From Lingula anatina (lineage: Eukaryota; Animalia; Brachiopoda), in contig CM120646.1 of the NCBI GenBank assembly GCA_051362555.1, forward strand, positions 24,212,142 to 24,276,141: 64,000 bases of DNA, written 5' to 3'. Position numbers and translations under genes: made by a program. Under the pieces are notes generated by a model. It was not told where the DNA came from. It was given only the letters and a program-made list of their open reading frames with translations, and made no database searches. Of this stretch, positions 26,801 to 38,315 are shown in pieces. Within the stretch, counting starts at the first letter, position 1. Every line of letters begins with the position of its first letter.

Positions 26801-29800
26801 GAGAGTTCACTGTCAATGACATGTAATATGCTACTTCATATGTGACTAAACATTGTGTGGCAGCAATATTTTACATGGAAAGTATACATCCAGGTCAAAC
26901 ACAACCGCCAATCCAGTTGTTTGATTTCTTTTTCCTTTTAATATAGTCTTGACAATGTTGAGGTTAATAGACACACAGTTTTGTGGTCTAAGGAAGCTTT
27001 GTCCAAATCTTGACCATATTTGGAAAGACTCTTTAGAGGGTCAATGATCTAAGGATTCAACAGAAAATGTTATTATTATTTAAAAAAAAAAATGGAAAAA
27101 AGCAGTTTTTACCAGAAAAGTTATCAAAACAGAATGTTGGGAAGGGATACCCCTATCAACAAAACAGCCACTCTCTCTGGCTTTACCAAATGTCCCCAGT
27201 GAACAGTTAGTACTGACATAATTGGCAGAATGGGTGAAAAAGATGTTCCCAGTGGGCAGTTAGTACTGATATAATAAGCAGAATGGGAATAGACGTCCAC
27301 AAAGAGTTGAAAATACCAATGGCATGCTGAGGCATATGCTCTTATTGATCTGGCTACAGTGAACTATTAAACAGATGTTGATTGGATAGGAAGGAGAATT
27401 TAAGACCTAAATTACAGTAATGTGTGAGTTCATGCAATGATATAATGGACACATGTTATTCGTATGTTTGTACCACTGATCTTTTCCATAAAAAAATGTT
27501 CATTTTCTCTCTGTCTCTCTCTCCTTTCTCAGGTTCATTCAATGTGTAAACCTAACAACATAATTTATTGAGTGCCTTTATCATACTGATATGAAATGAA
27601 GCATATTATATTTATTTGATTTCTGTGGAAATAAAGTTACTCACTTGAGATAATTTAATCACTTTCTACTGCTAGTAGTCATCTATCTAACTATAGAGAA
27701 GTAGCTTACATAATCGTATTGTCCTATTCTTTATAATACTAACTGTATTTAAGGGATTATTCATAACCATTAGTAAGTATGGGAAAATGGTTGTTTAGCA
27801 AAGGAAAATCTGTTTTATGGCCCTTTTCCCCAAAATTGAAGAAATGTCCAGACGTAATTAAGCATATTATAACACTTATAATGTCAAGGAAAGGATCACA
27901 TACCCATATATTGTAATACTTATAATGTCACGGTAAAGATCCATCATTTCACATCATTGAATTCTGCATTTTCTCCTTGGATAGAAAGTAGGTATTTGAA
28001 AATAGTTCAAATTTTAAATGACTGTTACATTTTCTGTAAGTTTTTAATAGTTACAAAATACAACAGAGCAAAGAGGTGTAAATTTACACTGTCAGCACAT
28101 GATCCAGTGGTTAGGATTATTGTTCCAGTCAATAAATTATTGGGAATTCCTCTCCCATAACTAGTCAGAGCTCAATGTAGTATGGATTTTGCTGTAACCT
28201 GCACCTTAATTAATAATTCAAACCTCATCCTATGTAAACATTTGTCCAACTGGATTCATAATACATCAACAGAACATAAAAAGGTCTGATTATGTTTCTA
28301 TTGGTAAAAAGACATATTACTTACTATAAATGCTTCCATAAGTAAGAAAGGCACAAAACTATGTATTTGAATCCTAATGTAATGGCAAATTTTAATTGAC
28401 ACTACTGGTTGTGCTCATAATTCGCGCGACAATCCGTATGCGTATACTCCATGTACGTATTAACTCTGTACTCACGCCCCCTGAGAGACAATGGGTTGTT
28501 TTGATAAACTACAAAAGCCTGTGCGGGTAGCAAACAATAGCGACGTGGACTCATACAGGGCCTAAGCGCACAGGGGGAGGAGCGCATATGTAAATTATTG
28601 TACGGGCGACCCTTGGAGACGGGAGTTCGTCCTCGCCAAGCGCGACGGGAAGTAAATTGATGCGCGCTATAATCCGACTTAATTAACAGCTTTCAACTTG
28701 GCAGTATTGCACCTTGCTCTAGGCTGAATGTCGACCTGCCGTCTCGTTGTTTTGTTTGCTTCTTACAATCAGGGGAATGGGCCTCTGCTATTTAATACAT
28801 TTGAAGGATTTTTTTGTAGTTTTGGTGAATTTCTCGAGCGATCAGTCTGTGGCCCATACCAATTAACCCTTCCGAACTTGGCAGAAGTCTCCCTAATTTT
28901 GGACGTATCTACCGATCTCCCTTTTGTCTCGATACATCACACTTTTCTCTTTGTCCTTACGTTTGGAAACTTCTCAGGTTAAGTGATAGGGGTATAGATA
29001 GCACTAAACAATAAAAAGAAATTACCAACGACAAAGCCGTGCCAGGTCTTCGTGTGAGTAACATCCAAAACACTGTACATGTATGTTGTTTTCGTGGAAA
29101 CGAAGCTGGTTTCGAAAGGAACCTAAATAGCGATAATATAAAACCACAGCTGGGCAAGCTACCTGGACATTGTAATAAGTGATAGATACAAGTCGCAGAG
29201 CCGAACTTGAAATATAACGAGCGTATTGTCGAGCCACAGGTTGAGTAATTTTCGGGTACAGCTCGGTGGGAGTGTTGTATCTAGCTTAAACCACAGCCTC
29301 TCATCGGTTAGTGCAATGTCCTCGCGATATATTACTGAATGCCAGCTGAGCGGTGGAAAATTAATTCCATGCAAAAATTCTTATTGGGCATTAGAAAAAA
29401 TTATCAAAAATGACTTAGGAGTGTGCCAATTTGCCTAACGGCAAGGGCCTAAGTGTTTGTGCAGATCGGTCACATAACTGCATTCGCTTACTGCAACTAC
29501 GAAATAGATTATTTAAAAGAAGATCTTTAACTGATACGTGTGCAAATGATGTGGAGGAGAGTTCGCCCAAACAAATCATTAAGGGTAAATGGCATTTGAT
29601 TAGCCTTTGTCGTGAACACAATAACATCATGTATGAAGTAAGTCCAAATTAACAAAGTTTTAATTTTTTCAATTTACTTCATGTATTATAACAAGAATAA
29701 TAATCAATGTTGTTTTCATGTGTACATGTACGTCCTAGGGATGGATGGTGGAAGTAAAAAGACTGTCATTCTTTTTTGATATCCCGCTTGTCGGCGGTGG

Positions 29801-32800
29801 AGATTACAATACAACGCTTTGTTTGCTGGTTAATGATCGCATTAAGGGGTGGCCGATTTCGCACCTTTTACATTTCATTCAATGGCAGTTACAACTGGTA
29901 GTCGCCCCTTTGTTTCGTTGTCCAGTGTTACTTAATGTCTGGGTTGTAAGTGACCTTTATATTACAAACTATTCCATTCTTTGTCTATGTCTACTAGTAT
30001 ACATCCCAAGAGCGTTCTCAGGCAGCAATTGTTAATCATTAAACAATAGCGATAAAGCATCGGTTTCAGCAAATTTCAATCTTTGAGGCCATCAACAGTG
30101 CCTAAATATTCAAGAGACACCAGTAAACTAAAGAACTTTTTCGTTTGCAGTGTCAGGGTGAACAAGAAGTTATAACTTCTTGGGGTGAATCAAAATTTTC
30201 TCAATTAGGTGCTGGTAGGCTAATGAAAGACTAGGAAATAATCGTTTATTGCATCGAGAATTTAATCCTGTGCAACCTTCTACAAAATGGATATTTTACA
30301 CTACTGCATGGGTCGTTATTCATAAAGAATGTTTTAACGTTTTATAAGGTTTTTGACAGATAAATAATTTCACCAAAGAATCTGCTCTTCGTTATTTGTT
30401 TTATTTAGATTTGATTCATTTCATTTAAGAGAAGTCAACAGATAAAAGTGCAGCGAAAAGAAATAGAGGAGAGAGGAAACTATCAAGAAAAAGTGATGGG
30501 AATCCTTAATATTAAAAACATTTACGGGAAATAAGATTGATGTCCATATCTCCCCTCTTTTTCTACCAAGCCCGCTTGCTCAAACAATTCATTCTTACTT
30601 CGGGGAAAACAAGTGATAAAATGCAGTAAATGTAGAAAAGAAGGACACGAACAAGAGAAGAGGGACGGGAGTCTTTAATATCAAAATATTTACGGGAAAA
30701 AAGTATGAGAGAGTGATCTTTATCTTCCGTCTTTCTCTGCCAGGTCGTCTTCTCCAATGCAGGTGCTCTCCGCTAGTTTAAAAAATATCTTTCTGCATAG
30801 ACAGCTTGACGATTGGTGATCGAATAATTTCCAGATAAAATATTTAAATACTGTGGCAAGTAAAGGAGACACCCCCCCCCCCCCCCCCCGACACCAAAAT
30901 GCATATATTTACAGACCTAGGCAACTTTCTACGCGCCCTTCTTATCCGTGTAGCACACCAATTAGACTAAATCATCATCTGTGATAATTTATCAAATCGC
31001 ATTATTAATAAAGATTTTCGTGCGCTAGATAAGACCCTACAAAGGAGGCAGCCTTTTGTAGACCTAAGATGTATTTTCAATGTTTCTTCTGATTTCGGAC
31101 CTTAAGTCCTCTCTGTGTCTGTCTGTAAGACAAAAAAAGTTAATGCACACATTTCTAAAGAATCACATTTGAAAGAAAATGCTGTCAAACGCATATTATT
31201 TACACTCGTAAATACTGTACAGAATCATCTCTCAAAAATACGCTTACAGAAGGGCATTTTTATTCTCAATAAATTTACGTTTTCTTAATAAGTAACATTT
31301 TATCTAATTAATACTGTCCATATATTTAAATTCAAAACTAATGAAAGTGAATTATATTGTGTAGAATATTTACAAATTCCATTCATGTGTTCAAAGTCTA
31401 AAACAAAAAGGTTAAGCAAACAAAACATGATCGATGCAAACTTTTTTAAATATAGGGCCTATATTTTGCATGCTGAAATAGGATTTTAATAGTATAACAC
31501 TTGAACTATAATTGGCTTTTCATGCATGTTAGATTTTCAATTTCAAACTTGTTATTTGTATTTTATTAAAGAAAATTTAAAAACTAGTTGTTGATCAATT
31601 TAAAAAGACAGAACTACATTACCAGCCAATAGACACAATCTAAGGATCGACCTGAAAAAAAAAAATTAACACAGACCCATTTATAGATAACGAGCTGCTT
31701 TCTCTCAACTTAATTACATGATTTATTCATTTCATTATTCATTTGAAAAGAGCATCTTGCTTGTACAAAGAAGCAATGAATTAGAATGTTGTTATTACTG
31801 CAATTTTACAAAATTATATTTCTACGATGAACCACTCCAGGACATAAATAGATCCCACTTATAAATAACTCAGTGCAAAGCAGCTTGAGCGCTTTATGGG
31901 GTATCAGCCTCCGACGAGCAAAGTTTAAATTCTTATGAATGTATTTTTTAATGATATCGTTTTTCAAAAAGGTATCACTTTCACTTCTCCGCGCGCACAG
32001 AGTCCTTTTTCGCAATGGCTGTCGACCTGCCTCCCTCTACATATAAAACTCAAGATGGCGCACGTGCAGTGACAGGCCCGTATGGCTTGACAGAATAAGT
32101 TGACCGAAATTAATAATACGCGAAAAACTTTCAAATGAGATCAGCATATAATGTCACGGTAAAAGACGTTAAAGAAGCGAATATACAGATAATCTTCACA
32201 ACGTCTGAAGTAGTTTATTTTATTTTTCCTCATTACCTCAGACGGCACGCTCCGTGGTTTGTGACCGATACTGCATTACGTCATTTTCAAATTAACGTTG
32301 GCTGTTATGTGGGAAAATTGTGAATAGCAGGACAAAAACTCACAAGTAGAATAAATATTAAATCTTTCAAACAAAACTTTGCAAAGTGAAGAAAAACCCG
32401 TTAGCAAGGCAGGAGATAGGCCCTGTGTCAGCCTAGAGAAAGGAACAGTACCGGCAGATAAGCAACTATGTAATTACGTCGGCTTACAGCAAGCGGCAAT
32501 TAACTCCCCGTCGAGCATAAACAGGGTGACAAGCCGCCACCGATGGACAAGCGGGGTTGATTTGCATATTAGCGAACATAGGGCGGGCTTGACGTCTTCT
32601 CATTTTCATTGCTATTGTGTTTTGCCCTATAATTATCTCGTCACCATGTACGCATACAGATGTCAGAAAATGATCAATTAGTTGTCGCGTGAATTATAGG
32701 CATGACAGTACCTGGAAAAATGGCAAAACTAAAAATGACACTCCAACCTTTATTGTGGCATCTTTAGTTCTAATACTGTTATCTCCACTGAGTTGGAATC

Positions 32801-34673
32801 AATCCCTGACTGTGGCAGTTGAACCTCAATACTGTTATCTCCATTGAGTTGGAATCAATCCCTGATTGTGGCAGTTGAACCTCAATACTGTTATCTCCAT
32901 TGTGTTGGAATCAATCCCTGATTGTGGCAGTTGAACCTCAATACTGTTATCTCCATTGTGTTGGAATCAATCCTTGATTGTGGCAGTTGAACCTCAATAC
33001 TGTTATCTCCATTGTGTTGGATCTAATCCCTGATTGTGGCAGTTGAACCTCAATAATGTTATCTCCATTGTGTTGGAATCAATCCCTGATTGTGGCAGTT
33101 GAACCTCAATACTGTTATCTCCATTGTGTTGGAATCAATCCCTGACTGTGGCAGTTGAACCTCAATACTGTTATCTCCATTGTGTTGGAATCAATCCCTG
33201 ACTGTGGCAGTTGAACCTCAAAACTGTTATCTCCATTGTGTTGGAATCAATCCCTGACTGTGGCAGTTGAACCTCAATACTGTTATCTCCATTGTGTTGG
33301 AATCAATCCCTGATTGTGGCAGTTGAACCTCAATACTGTTATCTCCATTGTGTTGGAATCAATCCCTGATTGTGGCAGTTGAACCTCAATACTGTTATCT
33401 CCATTGTGTTGGAATCAATCCCTGACTGTGGCAGTTGAACCTCAATACTGTTATCTCCATTGTGTTGGAATCAATCCCTGATTGTGGCAGTTGAACCTCA
33501 ATACTGTTATCTCCATTGTGTTGGAATCAATCCCTGATTGTGGCAGTTGAACCTCAATACTGTTATCTCCATTGTGTTGGAATCAATCTCTGATTGTGGC
33601 AGTTGAACCTCAATACTGTTATCTCCATTGTGTTGGATCCAATCCCTGATTGTGGCAGTTGAACCTCAATACTGTTATCTCCATTGTGTTGGAATCAATC
33701 CCTGATTATGGCAGTTGAACCTCAATACTGTTATCTCCATTGTGTTGGAATCAATCCCCGATATTATATTCACCTCCAACCAACTCTCTATTACCATGGA
33801 AATACTAGTAGCTAGGCTGACCAAGTTTATAGGTATTATATTCACCTCCAACCAACTCTCTATTACCATGGAAATACTAGTAGCTAGGCTGACCAAGTTT
33901 ACAGGTATTATATTCACCTCCAACCAACTCTCTATTACCATGGAAATACTAGTAGCTAGGCTGACCAAGTTTATAGGTATTATATTCACCTCCAACCAAC
34001 TCTCTATTACCATGGAAATACTAGTAGCTAGGCTGACCAAGTTTACAGGTATTATATTCACCTCCAACCAATTCTCCATTACCATGGAAATACTAGTAGC
34101 TAGGCTGACCAAGTTTATAGGTATTATATTCACCTCCAACCAACTCTCTATTACCATGGAAATACTAGTAGCTAGGCTGACCAAGTTTATAGGTATTATA
34201 TTCACCTCCAACCAACTCTCTATTACCATGGAAATACTAGTAGCTAGACTGACCAAGTTTATAGGTATTATATTCACCTCCAACCAACTCTCTATTACCA
34301 TGGAAATACTAGTAGCTAGGCTGACCAAGTTTATAGGTATTATATTCACCTCCAACCAACTCTCTATTACCATGGAAATACTAGTAGCTAGACTGACAAA
34401 GCTATGGAAAAGTTAACTGAGATTTACCAGCAAATATTTTGTCTTCTGAAAGTGGACTTCATCAAAGAAATAAAGGGGTTGATAGATATTAACATCTACA
34501 ACCCCTCCAGTATGGACAAATGAAACTTTATTTGTGTATTAATAACACCTATCTAATGAAACTGTTCTACAAGAGCAGCTACAATGTAGGCTGACGAAGG
34601 TCCTACGCATTGTAGGTCCAAACCTATCTTGGACATGCCTCTCTTATAACAGCATGCTGAATAGGTCAATTCA

Positions 34674-34710
<37 letters not shown>

Positions 34711-37700
34711 GAGTCTTCGACTGGGTTCTCACACATTTAGATCGATCCATCTGGATCAACCCAATTCCCTGGGGGTTCACGCTAAATTGCCGTCAGCTTC
34801 CGAGAGTCAAAGGTGCACAAAAGTTAATTACCCCCTTATAGCTTTAGTAGGTGGGACAGACATTTAAGCCGGTCAGGCTGAGAACAATCTAGTGAGACTC
34901 CCTAGGGGGACAGATCGATTTAAATATCTGTGGGAATGGTCTCTTGGAAACCAATGCCTTTGTATTGTGGATTTCACATACCCTTAATCAACAGAACTAT
35001 CTTTGAGGTCAGAGCAGGATTGGGAAAAAAAACCCAAGAAAATCTTTGTAATTTTGGTTTAGCCTTCTCTATTTGGCTTCACATTATGTTTCAATGAAGA
35101 GTGGATAAAGAATGAATTTATAAATAATTGAGATATAAATTAATATAATCAATACATTACAGGATGACAGACACATTGGTGTTATCATCTTAGCTCTTGT
35201 CCAAATTAACAAAATTATTTAACACAAAAGTGCCCATAAAACATGCATTAGTCTACACAGACCTGTACAATGGTCCATAAAAATGACATCACCCAAATGA
35301 GACCTGTGAAATAGTCTATCAATTATTAAGAGTAAAGACAGCAGGCCTGTCTGAAATGGTCTTACTCAAAGTGATTTCTCTAATAATACCTGTGAAATGG
35401 CCAACAGAACACGTTTTGCAAAGGAAACTTGTCTTAAATGATCCATTACAGAGAAACAAGGCTGAGCAGAGCTGTGCCACAATTCATGGTTTAATACTAC
35501 TTGTAAACCTTTGTCAATGACACTTACTAGCTATTCTATGGTTTGTTCACAAGAGGATGGGGGTGAAGAGAAAGTAAAGGGGAGTGCGTGCCTTTCCCCT
35601 TTATAACCATACAGCACACCTAACTTACCTGACATATCCCTTTTATCTTGTAATACCTCACTGACTTGGCCACTTTCATCTGGTTGCCTCCCAGTCTCCA
35701 CACTTTCATTGATATCAGTGACATTCTCATAGTCTGACCAAACAGTGTCTCTTTGTGAAGGCAAACAAACCAACATAGAATTGGGCAGGCGAACCATCTT
35801 GCATGGTGTGAACTGATCATCTCCTTCACAATTACTAGCATGACCTGGGGATAACTCAGATGATCCCTGAGAGAAAACAGTGACTCTGTTTGAGGCACCA
35901 TCATCACCACTATCACCATCCTCTTCCACTGACTGAATAAACTGCCCCCTGCCTGCCTGGCCCCTGTCAATGGGAGACAAACCAAGAAGTCCACAGTCAG
36001 ATTGCTGGTCACCTTTAGCTTGCAGTTCCCTTACAGGGGTACAGGGCTCTCGTCCTCTTAACTTGGAGTTTTGTACCACAACCGTTTTACTACTATTACT
36101 ACCATTTCTTTTCAACTCATTGCCAGTGTGGATATTTGCAGGCATTTTTGTAGAGATAGCACCATGTTCTGCACCACTTATTTGGTCAGGTTCCCTTGCG
36201 GCTGAATTTTCTAGCACCCCTGTACTAGTACCTCTGGCACTGCTGGCTGCACAACCCATGACCAGGCTACTGCTGATGATACATTCACCAGGATGGTCTG
36301 ATACTGTCTTTATAATTTTCTGTAACTCAATAACAAAGAAGTAGAAGTGTGTTTGAGTCTTTGAAATCTGCTGGCTACTGGCTCTCTAGGACAAACATAA
36401 GTCTCTGAGATCTGCTGGCTACTGGGTCTCTATGACAAACATAAGTCTCTGAGATCTGCTAGCTACTGGCTCTCTATGACAAACATAAGTCTCTGAGATC
36501 TGCTGGCTACTGGGTCTCTAGGACAAACATAAGTCTCTGAGATCTGCTGGCTACTGGCTCTCTATGACAAACATAAGTCTCAGAAATCTGCTGGCTACTG
36601 GGTCTCTATGACAAACATAAGTCTCTGAGATCTGCTGGCTACTGGGTCTCTATGACAAACATAAGTCTCTGAGATCTGCTAGCTACTGGCTCTCTATGAC
36701 AAACATAAGTCTCTGAGATCTGCTAGCTACTGGGTCTCTAGGACAAACATAAGTCTCTGAGATCTGCTGGCTACTGGGTCTCTAGGACAAACATAAGTCT
36801 CTGAGATCTGCTAGCTACTGGGTCTCTATGACAAACATAAGTCTCTGAGATCTGCTGGCTACTGGGTCTCTAGGCCAAACATAAGTCTCTGAGATCTGCT
36901 GGCTACTGGGTCTCTATGACAAACATAAGGCGTCTGGAATCTATATGCCTTCCATATCAAGTGAGAGAATTAATTACAGTGACAAGCATCATCAGTGTTC
37001 AGTAGACACAGAAAATGTACACCAATGGTGGTGGTTAGCTGCTCTAACTTGCTTGCTTTCAATGATAAATTAAAGCTGAAGAACTCCAACTGTATGCAAA
37101 GACAAATCGAAGTCTCCTTGGAAATCTTATTTGCTTCAGTGATGAAAGAACATATTAATACTAGTGACCTTCATAACCATACATGATATGTGGGCCATAT
37201 TACAAGTGAGTGTTAAGTATGGTATTATTTCTAAATACAGCCTATGATTAAAGTCTCACGCTGGTAAGAAGTGAAGACACCCCAGGAAATCCTTCTTATC
37301 ACAGAACTACTTTACTGTGAGTATTATGTAAGATTCCAATAAACCCTGTCACAGCATCATGTTAATATAACAGCAATATTTCCAACTGTTCTATAACAAA
37401 TCTTATAGACAGCTCCAATAGCTAGAACTGTTATATAACAATTCTCATAGTCAGTTCCCAGTCAGGGTATTGCTTTTCACCTTGGACATTGCATGAAGTG
37501 AAAACCATTGTTCCTGATAATTCAAACTTCATATCTGAAAGACAAACTAATTAACTTGTCATTTAAAAGTCACAGCCTCTATGATACATCCTATGTGATA
37601 AATAAAGTTCTGCAAAAAATAATTAATAATAAATAAATAAAAATAATCCAACAGAGACTGTATTTTCAACTTTTCCAGCACAACCATCTGAAAAAGTAGA

Positions 37701-38279
37701 TTCATTCCAACAAAAATGTTCACAGACTTGAAGTTGTACTATGTGTGTCAGTTTTATACAGTCTTGGCCTACAGAATGTTTTTGATGTATATACATTGTA
37801 TCTCACAATGTCATTTAGTTTTCTTCTGTTTTGGCTCTCTCTGTTAATTAATGAACACATTATTCCACTTCATTTGAACTTCTAGCTAACTTCAAGCACC
37901 TGGCCAGCAAGCATATCTGATGAGGGCAGGAATTACACCAAGTCCAGATTGCATGCTTCTGTGCCAGACTTGGCCATTCCCTGTGGTAATGATTTTCTTA
38001 ATGCACACAATAACATTACCAGGAAAAAAATCTAGATTAATTTTCCCCAGTGGAGATTGCCTTCTCTTGTTAGTGTGTGGAGGGACCTATATGGACAATC
38101 TGAATCTCCTATTACTTTTACCAAGATTGATGTGAAATGTGCCATAATATTACTATGGCGTCATGGGAAATGTGCTAACATTGATGGGATTTTACTGTAG
38201 AGAGAGTAATTGAATACTCCTAATGATATGACTCTAGAATAATTGTTATAACACTTTAAAATACTGTATAGGCTATTAC

Positions 38280-38315
<36 letters not shown>

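Noticed and set aside
28860-28872. TAACCCT as a telomerase RNA template
   Set aside because: Only ~7 nt match; it lacks the ~1.5-repeat template and any recognisable pseudoknot or H/ACA support.
28957-29063. Minus-strand hydrophobic ORF MLLTRRPGTALSLVISFYCLVLSIPLSL as a signal-peptide start exon
   Set aside because: Its donor (AC|GTAAGG) is phase 2 and incompatible with the phase-1 shared acceptor. T-rich DNA readily gives hydrophobic ORFs by chance.
33675-34416. Repetitive ~230-aa ORFs on both strands
   Set aside because: Translation of a minisatellite, with no domain and no synonymous-biased variation evident.
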